This document shows positions 43,900 through 57,150 of a stretch of DNA of 64,000 nucleotides, in pieces. The notes under the pieces are model-generated. The model saw nothing but the letters and a program-made list of their open reading frames with translations, did not search any database and was not told the origin of the DNA. Source of the DNA: Octopus vulgaris. Its lineage: Eukaryota. The DNA lies in assembly GCA_951406725.2 (NCBI GenBank), contig OX597814.1, forward strand, positions 112,468,001 through 112,532,000, in the 5' to 3' direction. The first letter of the stretch is position 1, and every line of letters begins with the position of its first letter. The position numbers and the translations under genes were made by a program.

Positions 43900-44730
43900 A
43901 GAGCTGAGTTTACATGTTTAAATAGATTATAAAACTATTGATAGTAGTGTTTTAAGATGAATCCAAATGCACAATGTGTAAATAAGTTGAAATCATATAA
44001 ACTAATTAATTTTGGGTAAAAAATTTAGCCGTTGATAAATATTTATGTTTACAAAGAATTATGACATCCGAAATCTTATTAAATTTTTATCAGTACGGAG
44101 TATATTGATTGATTCATTTGTGCATAATTTACAGTTTCTAGTGTATGTGTTGTCTGGTGTAACCAATTCAGACTGAATTCTTTATTGCGTATTTTTAATT
44201 TATTAATGTGGGTAACTAGTGCGGTTGAATTTTTTGTTTCTTAATTAATAAATGAATTTGTGTGTCCGCTATATCTAATCTTAAAATTAATTGTGCTTTC
44301 TATGTATATCTTCTTTGATTCATCGAGGGTTGTAATCTCGACTTTATACACATTTCTCCTTTAACAGAATCCCTTTAAGGGACATAAACCAGATACGACA
44401 GTTACATGTTTTATTTCCGTTCTTCGCCTTTTTATTTTTGATATCTCGATTCTTATTATTGTTCATATTGAAACCAGCTATATTGTCATCTCTATCGATG
44501 CCATTATTCCTAAGTTTTAATCCATTTATGGCCGCATTTATAGAACCTAGATTAGGCGTAGTTGAGTACGATAATTCAAGGCAGGATCTATTAAAATGGG
44601 ATGACATTTGTGGGTATATATTTGTAAATTATGATATTTGTAAATTATGCACAAACGAATCAATCAATATACTCCGTACTGATAAAAAAAATTAATAAGG
44701 CAGGATCTATTAAGAATGGGATGATATAAC
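43900..44730 (-). mobile_element. Decayed PLE fragment (RT C-terminus/linker/GIY-YIG)
   Basis: FNRSCLELSYSTTPNLGSI.AAIN...TCNCR matches the Neptune-type linker; internal inversion 44076-44133 / 44639-44699. Confidence 0.7.
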
Positions 44731-44990
44731 ACTTTTGTTCGACCCCGTTAATTCTTTCTGTCATTTGAACTCTGTGTAAGTTGGACCTATTTAATATTGA
44801 TATAAACATCTATATATTATCAATTCGTTTTGCAAGATTCCTGATGTGAAATCGTGTGTTGAAACAGATGTTGTATATCGGGGTGGTAATTTTATTTATT
44901 TATTTATTGCCAAATGAATACACGCACTATATATATATTTTTTTACTCGTTTATTACTGTTCTTATTATATCAGTTTAACTCGTGTCCAT

Positions 44991-45035
44991 TGTCCGGAAA
45001 TATTTCGTCACCCATCTGTGACCTCTTCAGCGACA
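44991..45035 (-). ncRNA. Hammerhead motif
   Basis: Minus: tgtcg CTGAAGA g gtcac agatgg gtgac GAAA tatt TC cggaca; related to the 43058 element. Confidence 0.6.
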
Positions 45036-45340
45036 CTTTTCAAAGGTATCGCTGAAAAGAAAATTCATTTTCTGAAAGTTTCCACCATTTTGCTTTCTCT
45101 CGTTTTGCATGTACACATATATACATATTTTGTATTTGATGTATTTAATATATTTGATGAGTCTAATTTGTTTACCCGCATAATTGCCTCTCTATACCCG
45201 CCCAAAGTGATTCCTTTTATAGTCTTCTTTTTCCTTGTGGAATGATCCCCTGTAAAGACATCGCATCGGAATCTAAGCTTGAAACTTTTGAACACTGTTA
45301 AGTGTCTTCTATATGGAGAATCTCTGGATCTCATTTGTGA

Positions 45341-45399
<59 letters not shown>

Positions 45400-45553
45400 T
45401 TACCTACGTGGGTTGTTGAGTATTACTATCTGGGAGATTTTCTTATTGTAATGAAATAGTTAGTTTAACTGGTATTTCTAAATTTCGGTATGTGGTGAAG
45501 CAAATTTTTGCTGAACCCTAATTATAATTATACTCATAATTATAGAATTTTGC

Positions 45554-45602
<49 letters not shown>

Positions 45603-45934
45603 GAAAATAAGACAAGGTAGAAAATGCTAAAATAATTTTATCATGAAGAATATTTTAGTGCCGGTTTCAGCCTTTGCGACTTTTTCAACTTAGAGTAAAG
45701 CATGAAAAGCAATTAAATTGTGGAAAAATTAAATGAAATGTTTTTAAAAAATATTTACATAGTTTTCAAATGCAAGGGATATTTTCCTATTTTTCTGTCT
45801 GTCTCTCTCTCTTTTTTACTCTTGTGAAGGCTTGGTAGCAGATAGTATTTAGTAACAGTCCTAAAAGAATATTTGATAGGAGTTCTTGATTTTGATTGTT
45901 TAAGCCGCAGTTATATATATATCTATGTGCGTAT

Positions 45935-46385
<451 letters not shown>

Positions 46386-47404
46386 TAACAATTTGAAAAA
46401 ATTCTGTTTAGAAAATTCCTGTAAGAAAACCTCTTATTTAACAGAACCTCACTTACCCTTGTGGAAGAATTTTCTGTATAGCGTTTATTTTATGTCTGCT
46501 GTACATTTTGTGCGCAAGCGCTTTCGTTTTTCAACTTTTCAATGAAGCATTCCGGTTTAAAGCAGACAGAAGTTGTTTCGTTTTGTTTTGTTTTTGAGCT
46601 GGTGTTAACTGTTTTCAGTTTAGTCCCGGATTTAAAATGTTATTGCTTAGACTTTCCGATTTGTAAACATAAGGTAACGGGTTCAATTTCTGAACCGAGA
46701 AGTGCGTTGTATCCTTGAGAAAGATACTTCTTTTCGCGTTGTTCCCCGTCGACTTAGTTGTAGTATATAACAGCCGGGTGTTGTGGCAGTCCTAAACCCC
46801 TCCCGCTCACTCTCTTTCTCTCTCTCCCTCTCTTTCTCTCTTATCTCTCTCCCTCCAGCTGTCAATTCCACGATATTCCTCCGGGTAAAAACTGAGTGGA
46901 AAGGCAAGATGTTGTCTATGTTAGCGGCTACATAGACCCTTAAAACAAACAGACGATCGCAAGTGCCGTCTGGCCGTGTTGTACTTTAGGTACCTCTATA
47001 AAACATCCGCATTAATATTATCATCAGATAGGAAACCATACATTATTGGCCTCATATTTATATTGTTTTACTACGAATTCCATTGAAATAGCATCTATAT
47101 TAATTATTAATTCATATTTTTGCAAATCTCTAATCTTTACATCGGAATCTATGTTGCAATGATAAATGGGTTATTATCTCGAATTCTATATGAGACAATA
47201 AAAAAAATTAAAATGAGCGCTAAATTTTAAAAGTCATCGATCAAATTCAACATTACATTTCGAAAATGGAGCTTTTTAAAAATTTTAGCAAAATACATAT
47301 TTTATATATATATATATATATATAATATATATATATATATAATATATATACACTCACAGCCACACATACATTGATACATAGATACATACATACAAACAAA
47401 CATG

Positions 47405-47484
<80 letters not shown>

Positions 47485-47649
47485 TTATATATAATATATA
47501 ATATAGTATATTGCAATATACATATGATATATAACAATCTATATATGATACATATACTATAATATATATAAAATATATATAATATATAACACATACCATA
47601 TATATATATAGATAGATAGATAGTTAGATAGATAGATAGTTCGATAGAT

Positions 47650-47680
<31 letters not shown>

Positions 47681-47943
47681 TAAATAGATATCTGTGTCTG
47701 TATAAATGTACATGCGCTCCAGTTAAGAGATGTATATGTATATTTGCAGAGATTAATACTACTCTGTGCGCTTTTCAGAGGACTCTACATTTGTGTGTGT
47801 TTATGTGTGTATACATATCTAAATATAAATACATATTTGCATATATATCATCATCATCATCATCATCGTTTAGCGTCCGTTTTCCATGCTAGCATGGGTT
47901 GGACGGTTCTACTGGGGTCTGTGAAGCCAGAAGGCTTCATCAG

Positions 47944-47988
<45 letters not shown>

Positions 47989-48306
47989 GTGCCTATATAT
48001 GTGTGTGTGTGTGTGTGTACACACACACTTATACATGCATACATGCATACTCACACACACATAAAGGAAGATTGGAAGATTGCATGAAGATTGGAAACGT
48101 GAAACGATCAGTTTTAACCTGAGATGCTTTAGCTTCAAAATATCAACATATAAATGTGAATATTAATGCATAGATACATTCACACACACACACGTACACA
48201 CACACTCACATACACACACGCACACACGCACGCACACAAATACACACGTGAATAATGTGTGTGTATATATATGCATATATATGTATATACGTATATACAC
48301 AAATAC

Positions 48307-48361
<55 letters not shown>

Positions 48362-48878
48362 TATATATGTGTATGTATAGGCATGAGCACTATTGTGTGT
48401 CAGCCTGTAAGCCTGTAAGGCTAAACATGCTCTATAATATATACATACATATACATGTATGTATACATACCTATACATAAGCACACACAAACGTATATTC
48501 GTACACACACACACAATATACACACACAAACATTTAACACATATTTACAAGTGTGTGCGTGTTTGTGAGTGTTCAACTATCGAATCTGTTTGTGTCCATT
48601 GTTTTTAAACATGACTGTTAACTAGTGCAGAAGTCTATTCAATTTAAATAGCTGTACTTATAAATGTTTAATTAGATGTACACGAGGAAACTTAGTGAAT
48701 CTTTGCCAGCCTTTGATTTTCTTCTGTATTTCATTGATTTTTTCTTTTTTTTTCTTTGCTCCGATCTGTTTATATTTTGTTTTGATGTTAGCGGCTAAAA
48801 GTCTTAACTTCCAGTTAAGCAGCTGGTGAAAAGCCCAGTTCTACTGTTGGTGTAAATATGTGTGAATACGTGTGTGTG

Positions 48879-48932
<54 letters not shown>

Positions 48933-49004
48933 TGTGTGTGTGTGTGTCTGTGTGTGTGTCTATATATTATCATTATCACTGTGTTCATTATCATCATCTG
49001 TCAA

Positions 49005-49058
49005 TTGTTTCCATTTCTTGGCAAATGTCTTCCTGACACCTAGGGCAGAGAAACGCAC

Positions 49059-49149
<91 letters not shown>

Positions 49150-49228
49150 GAGTGAGAGAGCAGTGCATGCCATCAAAGTGACTGGGGTAACATATACGAA
49201 GCCCAGTATATCCACCATATTTTTATTA

Positions 49229-49263
<35 letters not shown>

Positions 49264-49299
49264 AGTAGTAGTAGTAGTAGTAGTAGTAGTAGCAGCAGC

Positions 49300-49348
<49 letters not shown>

Positions 49349-49536
49349 TTTCTTCTTCAAATTTTCTTCCATTTCTCTCCGAGTGTTTTCCATACACCTA
49401 GGGCAGAGAAGCTCATTGTATGCATTCCCAGATTACACACGCAAATTCACAGGTAAATATGTATTTTTAAAAATTAATAAATAAATATCTTCATGAACAG
49501 ATGTTGTTTTCATTATTATTATTATTATCATTATTA

Positions 49537-49574
<38 letters not shown>

Positions 49575-50036
49575 TTTGTTTTTTTCCTTCTTTCTTCAAA
49601 TTTTCTTCCGTTTCTCGCCGAGTGTTTTCCATACACCTAGGGCAGAGAAGGGCATTGTATGCATTCCCAGATTACACGCGCAAATTCACAGATAACATAT
49701 GTATCTAAAAATTAATAAATCAATAAATTCATGGATGGATGTTATTTTCACAGCGATAGTGCTCTTCTCAGTACATGAGCCGTTCCAGTTAATACGATTT
49801 TTTGCACTTCCAGTAGGGATGGTATACCTGGAATCATTTTCAAATAGGTTTCAGTGCCTTTTTTTTTAATCATTTTTAGAGATCCTATAATCACTGGTTC
49901 TGTAGTCGCCTTGAGATGCCACATTTTTTCAATTTCCATTTGCAGGTCTTTATATTTACTAATCTTGTCAAATTCTTTCGCCGCTATATTGTGATCACAG
50001 GGAATACTCATGTCAATAAATAAACACATCCTTTTT

Positions 50037-50040
<4 letters not shown>
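49005..50040 (-). mobile_element. Stack of R4/Dong-type 3' ends in one (TAA)-type tract
   Basis: Family C 3' UTR (cacctagggcagagaa) three times (49005-49057, 49349-49511, 49575-49750) with ORF 49748-50041 (IDMSIPCD..KISKYKDL..QKIVLTGTAHVLRRAL); family B end at 49150-49214. Confidence 0.85.
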
Positions 50041-50081
<41 letters not shown>

Positions 50082-50120
50082 GTTGTTGTTGTTGTTGTTG
50101 TTGCTGTTGTTGTTGTTATT

Positions 50121-50153
<33 letters not shown>

Positions 50154-50879
50154 ATTGTTGTTGTTGTTGTTATTGTTGTTGTTGTTGTTGTTGTTGCTGC
50201 TGCTGCTGCTGTTGTTGTTGTTGTTGTTATTATTATTATTATTATTATTCATATACACTCAACAGATTAGACTGTTGGAAAAGAAGACAAGAAGACAAGG
50301 CAGAATCGTATCTGCAGAATTTCCATCATACTTTCAGCATCATTGTGGAGGGCTGAGGTCAGCTGGCGAAATGGATAGCACGCCAGGGGAAATGCTTATC
50401 AGCATTTCGTCTGTCTTTACGTTCGGTGTTCAAATTCCGCCGAGGCCGACTTTGCCTTTCATGCTTTCGGAGACGATAAAATAAGGACCAGTAGCATACT
50501 GGGATTGGTATAATCGGGTTACCCCCTCCCCTGAGATGACTGGCCTTCTGCCAAAATTTTGGAATCATCGTATTGTGGAAGGCTTTGTTTTTCTCTTTCA
50601 GGGGAAACAGCGGCGCTCGGGTGAAACAGCAGCTCTCCGTTGGCAATTGTGTAAAGTACTTTGGGGTTGTGTTTGATTTCTTAGTGACCTCATCAGCAGC
50701 CCTTTGTCAATCTAAAATTTCATGCATTTCTTGAAGTTGATATTTTTGCAACTCAAACTTTCTTATTGCTATCGATTAAGGATGCTGAAGGTTCGTCTTT
50801 TATATTTTACTGGTTTCAGCCAGAGGCCAGGGCCATGCTGCAGCACTCCTTTCGCTGAGTTTGTGCTTCTTTTCTATAC

Positions 50880-51150
50880 TGTTTTTGATTAAGTAGCGAG
50901 TTCTACAAAGCTGCTCTTCTTCGTGCCTTCTGCTGCAATGTGGGTTCATCTGGTACCTCAGATAAAAATTTGTCCAGACGCTCTTTGAAGACCTCCACAT
51001 CTGCACTTCGCAAATCTCTGAGGTTGCTTAACAGAATGTTGAACAATTGTGGACCCCAGAAATCCAAGCTGTTACAATACTGGGTCTTATTCGAGACGGG
51101 GAATAAAAGATCTTTGACACTATACTGTACTGTCTATTTTGACGGTTAGT
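50880..51150 (-). mobile_element. CR1/L2-group LINE 3' end
   Basis: Minus: YCNSLDFWGPQLFNIL...VFKERLDKFLSEVPDEP...RAAL*NSLL. Confidence 0.75.
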
Positions 51151-51211
51151 ATAGCTTTCAATTTCAAAGTTGAGAATTAGCCCGAGTTGATTTTTTAAAA
51201 AACTTTTGATT

Positions 51212-51386
51212 CAGTTCTATATTTAAGAGATGAGGAAATATGTACGATATTTACATTATTAACATTTGACGGATATTTGTCCTCATCTTGTTTGTTGTTA
51301 ACGTTTCGGCTGATATAACCTCCAGCCTTCATCAGATGTCTTGGAAAATTTCGAACCTGGGTTCTCCATCTTGAGGTATATTTCGA

Positions 51387-51466
<80 letters not shown>

Positions 51467-51546
51467 CGGTCAGAGCTTGGAATTGAACTCGAAATCTTGG
51501 GGTTAGTAGCCCGCGCACTTAACCACTACGCTGTATGCACGTGGGC
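51212..51546 (-). mobile_element. tRNA-head + (AAT)n + hammerhead-tail element (candidate ribozyme SINE)
   Basis: Minus: head 51546-51466 (gcgtagtggttaa A box, gagttcaattcc B box), (AAT)n, tail 51388-51212 with gacat CTGATGA aggctg..cagcc GAAA CG TT. Confidence 0.75.
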
Positions 51547-51596
<50 letters not shown>

Positions 51597-51597
<1 letters not shown>

Positions 51598-52150
51598 CCC
51601 TGATGCAGTACCAGGCAGTGGCTCCCATGGCTTCTGATCTTATCTGATTGGGAGTGTTATCATGTACATTGTCTTGTCTTGGTATAAAAGATGGGCTACA
51701 ACAAATATTCTGCTCAATACCACAGATTTGCTTGTCAGTTGTTTGACCTTAACCAGTTGACCATGTCCCTTAGTGGCTGACGATATGTGCATCTCTGATC
51801 ACGAGCAGAAGTAGTGGGGGAGCATCATAGCCATGTGTTGAGAAGGATTCTTTGGGGTTTGAATAATTCACCTCTGGAAACATGGGTGGTTCTTTCAAAA
51901 TCCTTAAACAACCCTTATTCAGGGACCTTTTGAGCGGGATGGGCTACTCAACCTGAAGAAAATTCTAACTGGGCCCCACCTGCAAGGTCATGTGCTGTTT
52001 ATCTTGATATGAGATCACCATGTCGCGCACATATGGTTGTGATGCATGTGCCTAGTGTACCCTTATCAAACGGGTAGTCATGATGGGTATACTGGGCTTC
52101 GTATATTTTACCCCAGTATCACTTTGATGGCATGCACTGCTCTCTCACTC
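51597..52150 (+). mobile_element. Family B (TAA)n-tailed retroposon, longest copy, nested in the (AAT)n of the ribozyme element
   Basis: 554 bp, non-coding, (AAT)n on both sides. Confidence 0.9.
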
Positions 52151-52255
52151 AATAATAACAATAATAATAATAATTATAATAATAATAATTATAATAATAA
52201 TAATAATATCGAAAAATACCTTAGGAATGAGAACCCAGGTTCGAAATTTCCCCAA

Positions 52256-52301
52256 GACACCTGATGAAGACTGGAGGGTATATCAGCCGAAACGTTGTGT
52301 T
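52256..52301 (+). ncRNA. Minimal type-I hammerhead in the second (inverted) tail copy, 52208-52357
   Basis: gacac CTGATGA a gactg gagggtatat cagcc GAAA CG TT gtgtt. Confidence 0.75.
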
Positions 52302-52653
52302 AACAACAAATAAGACAAGTACAAATATCCGTCAAATGTAAATAATGTAAATAATGTAAACTTTTGATTGTTCTTATGATTGCATTTTTATTTGTTTTCG
52401 TGGAATATATTTTGAATTTGTGTTAGCGGCTATATATACCAACTTCTGCCAGTCTGTTTCATTGTGAAATGTAATGTGAGTGAAGGACCAGTAGATAAAT
52501 GATGGATCATGTCTAATTGCTCCCCGTACTGCTTTGTGTGGATTTTTGCAGTGAAATGGAAAAGCTTGAGTGAATATAGTTGCTTTGGTGTTCAACTGGT
52601 GCAAATTTAATTTATAGGCGCAGGAGTGGCTGTGTGGTAAGTAGCTTGCTTGC

Positions 52654-54724
52654 CCACTTCCCATGAGTCTTTGTTGTCAGTGTACGCATGCGTCATTGTG
52701 TTGTGCTCTGAAGTAGATAGCTGGCAGTGTTTAGCCAGCGAACAAGTTGGGTCCAGTGGGGGTTGTTGTCCTGGATTCAGGACTTTAGTCTGCTTGCGGT
52801 TCAGCAATATTGTTCACATTAACTGAAAATTTTTTTTTCATTGTTTGAAGTACAGTTTGGGGCGTATCCTTCAACCAAAAGTTATTCACTTTTTTTAATA
52901 GTATGTGTTTTTACAACATTTACCAATAATTGGAAAGCTGTATTTCAAGTGGAGCAGTCCAGGTTCTAATCGGAGTACCATAGGGCTTGGAGTACCTGAA
53001 TGCCCAGAAGATTTTTTTTTTGCAGTGTTTTGTTTGAACTGTTGTTTTCTTTTTCTACTGTGACTTTCTTATTGAACTGTTTGCCTTTTCTCTTCTTCCC
53101 TTTTGTTTCCTTTTGATTTCTCTCTTTTCTTTTTGAAATTTTAGACTTTTTACTTTTTAATTTAAAACATGGCAAAAAATACGGATAAGATTGTTGAGTG
53201 GGAGATTTCCCCACCTAATGAGTAGCTCAGACAGCAAGAGGAGAGGACGGTGGTGTTGAGAACGTATTCAAAGGTTCTCGACACCATTGCCGTATTCTCC
53301 AAGCAGATGATTGAGCAGGAGTTGGCGGAACATCTGCCAGTCATTAAGTATATTTCTAGAGGTATAAAATATGCAACGGTGTGGTTACGGTTTGACACTC
53401 CAGAGGAGGCTCGCAGTTTTGCGAGCCAGCCCTTTGAGGGTAAAGAAATTTTGTTTCTTCCCACTTATTGTGGGGGAAAAAATTGACGAGGGCTTGGGTC
53501 TGTGGTTTGCCACCCGGAATTGAATCCGAGTGGATAGAGGATATTTTCCGTCGGGGTCTGGATGGCAGCGGAGCCAGGCTTCTCAATGTGAAAATTTTTC
53601 CTGCGGCTGATTGGGTTGGGTCAAAATCTGTTTTGACCCTGTGGACCCAATCAGCCATGAATATGGTTATGCCAGAATTTTTGAAAATGGGCGGGTGCAG
53701 GTACCCGGTGATTCTTGAGGGTGCCCCCCCCCCCCAGGTTTCATCGGTGCCTGGAGTCTGGCCATATAAAGAAAAGCTATCCTCAGGAACAAAGCAAAGT
53801 CCTGGAGCAGTTGATTGAGACCTCTGTAGAAGAAGGAACGAAGGCAACCGAGGAGGCGGAGGACTCCTCAAAGAAGGGGAGCAACAATGGGTGCTCACCG
53901 AAGGATTCTAGGGATGAGGGAGGGGAAGCGAATCTCCCGGAGGAAACGCACCCTCCCTCAGTTGAGAAGAAAAAAGAAGAGGAGGAGAACCGGGACATTG
54001 CCGGCAGTCGGTGACATAGCACCGGAATGTCCCGGAAACTTGCCGGTTGGGGATGTGCCACCGGCAGGGGAATTGTGCCGTCAACGGTAGAATTGACTAC
54101 CTCGAGCCTGTAGGAAGACGAACTATTGGTCTTCTACAGAGGCGGAGAGGTAGAAAAGGTGGTGGAAAAGCACCATAAGGGAGTACTTTTAACCTTCACA
54201 CAGGATCCCGAATGGCCTCCGCAGATAGCTGTGGAGGTCATAACGTTGCCCGTGACGTATAGGCTGCAGGGACTCAATGAGAAATATCGCTTGTGGCCGA
54301 GCGACACCGGCTCTGATACCGCCTAGGTCTTGAATGAGGCGTGGGTGATGGCGGAGTATATGGGCACAAGTGATTGTTGGGAAGGAATAATGACAAGAGG
54401 TTGAAAAGCCTCAGTGTTATAATGTTTACTGTATAATGCTTAATGTTTATTGTATGTTATTGTGTTTAAGAGGCTTAACGCCCCAATTTTTAGATTGACT
54501 ATTAGTCCAATAATTGTGAAACTGAAGTAAGAGATTCATTACCTCATTTTGTCTTTTTCTGCGAAAGAAAAGGAAGAGAATAATGTTTTAGAGAAGCAAA
54601 AAATCGGCGGGTGTTTTTTGTCTTCTCCCATTAATATCATCCTTTTTCATCATTCACCTCATCAATGTTTTTGTCCAGCCAGCAAGCTACTTTGTGTCAT
54701 GCCTTTATGGCAAAATTTTTGAAA
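52654..54724 (+). mobile_element. ORF1-only Tx1/L1-like non-autonomous element inserted into a SINE family-2 head
   Basis: Disrupted gag-like ORF 53169-54014 (RRM-like VWLRFDTPEEAR, VCGLPP, decayed knuckle FHRCLESGHIKKSYP); flanked by taagtagcttgcttgc at 52638-52653 and 54725-54740; the SINE starts at 52617 and resumes at 54725. Confidence 0.75.
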
Positions 54725-55080
54725 TAAGTAGCTTGCTTGCTTGCTTACAAACCACATGATTCAGGATTCAGGCAGTGGCACCTTGGGCACATGTTTTCCA
54801 TTATAGCCTCGAGCCGACCAAAGCCTTCTGAGTGAATTTTGTAGACGAAAACTGAAAGAAGCCCGTCGTATATGTGTGTGTATGTGTGTTTGTCCCCCAT
54901 CATCGCTTGACATCCAATGCTAGTGTTATTAAGTCCCCGTAACTTAGCGGTTCGACAAAATAGGCCGATGGAATAAGTACTAGGCTTACGAAGGATAAGT
55001 CCTGGGGTCGATTTGCTCGATTTAAGGCGGTGCTCTAGCATGGCCGCAGTCAAATGACTGAAACAAAACAGTAAAAGAGA
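54725..55080 (+). mobile_element. SINE family 2 (remainder of the copy whose head is at 52617-52653)
   Basis: accacatgattcaggattca, tggcaccttgggcac, tail cagtcaaatgactgaaacaa. Confidence 0.85.
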
Positions 55081-55088
55081 TATAGAGA

Positions 55089-55147
<59 letters not shown>

Positions 55148-55695
55148 TGAGAGAGAGAGAGAGAGATACATGCATATATATATATACACGTATATATATA
55201 TATATGTATATATCTGCATATATCTGTATATATATATGTATATATATATATATACATGTATATATATACATATATATATGTATATATATACATGTATATA
55301 TATATACATATACACAAATACATACATATGCACACACATACATACATACATACATACATACATACATACATACATACATACATACATACATACATACATG
55401 CATGCATGCATGCATGCATATATACACACACACAAGTGAGTAGACAAACGATAGAAGAAAGGTACTCAACGTATATAGTTGGAGTTACATATATTATTAT
55501 TCAAAGCAGTTTGATTCGGCTCTATGCGACCTAAAGTTTCGCACGCTTCTTACAGAAACTCGGTTAGTTGAGGCTCAGATCCCCGCGGGCACAAATAAAT
55601 ACTGCAACCTGAACCTGAACGAGGCGAGTTTCGGTTAGAAGACTGCAAAAGTTTTAGTCGCATGAAACCGAATCAAAATGTTTTCAATAATAATG

Positions 55696-55756
<61 letters not shown>

Positions 55757-55761
55757 TATAA

Positions 55762-56150
55762 ATCAATACCAGCAGATGACAACGTGTCCATCAATACCAG
55801 CAGATGATAACGTGTCTCTAAAAGAAATGGGGAAACTTTCAAAATACAAAGATCTAGAAATAGAGGTAACTCGAATGTGGAATCTAAAAATGGAAACAAT
55901 TCCTATCATTGTAGGAGCATTAGGTATGATAAAAAAATATTCAGACAAATACATAACAAAAACACCAGGACTTACAAACACATATAACATACAGAAAATT
56001 GCACTACTGGGCACTGCACACATCCTACGTAAAACACTTTCAATACAGTAACCATCAGAACATCACAACAAATCACAGCACATACCCAAGGCACACAGAG
56101 CTGTGCTCGGTAGTGAAGTGAAAGGACGCTATAAAAATAAAACTACTGAA
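55762..56150 (+). mobile_element. R4/Dong family A RLE end + 3' UTR in (TAA)n
   Basis: SIPADDNVSLKEMGKLSKYKDLEIEVTRMW...IALLGTAHILRKTLSIQ*; ~26-bp duplication at the 5' junction. Confidence 0.9.
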
Positions 56151-56620
56151 TAATAATAATAATAATTATTATTATTATTATTATTATTATAACCCAATAG
56201 GAGGGTTCTTGGCATCTAAGGCTACTATTGCGGAAGACTGAGGAGAGCTGGCAGAATCGTTAGCACGCTCGGAAAAATGCTTATCGGCATTTCGTCTATC
56301 TTTACGTTCTGAGTTCAAATACCACCGAGATCGACTTTGCTTTTCATGCTTTCGAGGTCAGAGAGAATCAGCGTGACAAAGAATGTGTGAAAACTAGCAT
56401 GTACGATTCACTTTTAACAGCTGAGAGGACTGGAACAACGTGAAAAAAGTTGTCTTGCTCAAGGACACAAAACACAGCCAGATATCGAACTCAGGACCTT
56501 CCGATCGTACGCCGATTACCCTAACCACTAAGCCACGCGCCTTCACATTTGAAAGGGTGGTGAAGTCAAGAATAACTGACTTACCGGAGAACTGTTATCT
56601 CTTCAATCTCAACGAATATA

Positions 56621-56867
56621 TTAGGTTGGTGCATAATCATTGTGGCTTTTTTCAATAAATTTTATTCAACAAAAACAATAACATGTAACAAAAACATCTT
56701 TAAATAATTATTCCGGAGCATATTCACCATCTACTTCAAATACTGCTTCCCATTTGCTTGGCAGACGGTCAGACCATAATTTGAAGATGTTTTTGTTAAA
56801 TATTGTTATTCTCTTCGTTGAATAAACTTTATTGAAAAAAAGTCGCATTAATTATACACCAACCCAA
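56621..56867. mobile_element. Mariner-derived MITE
   Basis: TIRs ttaggttggtgcataat...ttcaac / gttgaa...attatacaccaacccaa with TA on both sides; the interior retains a transposase C-terminal scrap. Confidence 0.85.
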
Positions 56868-56949
56868 TAGCTTAGCTTTTGCTATGGCGAAGACTGCCTA
56901 ATCGAACTCCCACATCACTTTGATGATAGTCTAAAGGTATTTGGAAAAG

Positions 56950-57150
56950 GTCCAAACTTCAGCAAGGCCTTCAGAAAACTAGACCATAACATTCTGCCGT
57001 TAAAACCACTCAAAACGGGAGTCCGTAGAAAACTGCTATCCTGGATTAAGTATTTCCACTCAACCCACCGAAAATCACCAATATTGTCCCCCATCGGTCT
57101 GCGTTAGGCCATACTATGTTTCATAAACGATATCACTAATGCTATCAAAT
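56950..57150 (+). mobile_element. Decayed CR1-type RT fragment
   Basis: FSKAFRKLDHNIL..K...G...KLLSWIK resembles the DFSKAFDKVDH motif. Confidence 0.55.

Noticed and set aside
46902-46940. aggcaagatgttg matches the 5' 13 nt of miR-31, followed by a small hairpin
   Set aside because: The 3' half does not match and there is no pre-miRNA star arm; probably chance.
47925-47945. Minus-strand CTGATGA followed by the hairpin agcc-ttct-ggct
   Set aside because: Followed by TCAC rather than GAAA; part of a (CAT)n-tailed repeat end.
51466-51546. Functional tRNA gene
   Set aside because: The acceptor stem does not pair and it is fused to (AAT)n, so I treat it as a SINE head; the same applies to ~18975-19035.
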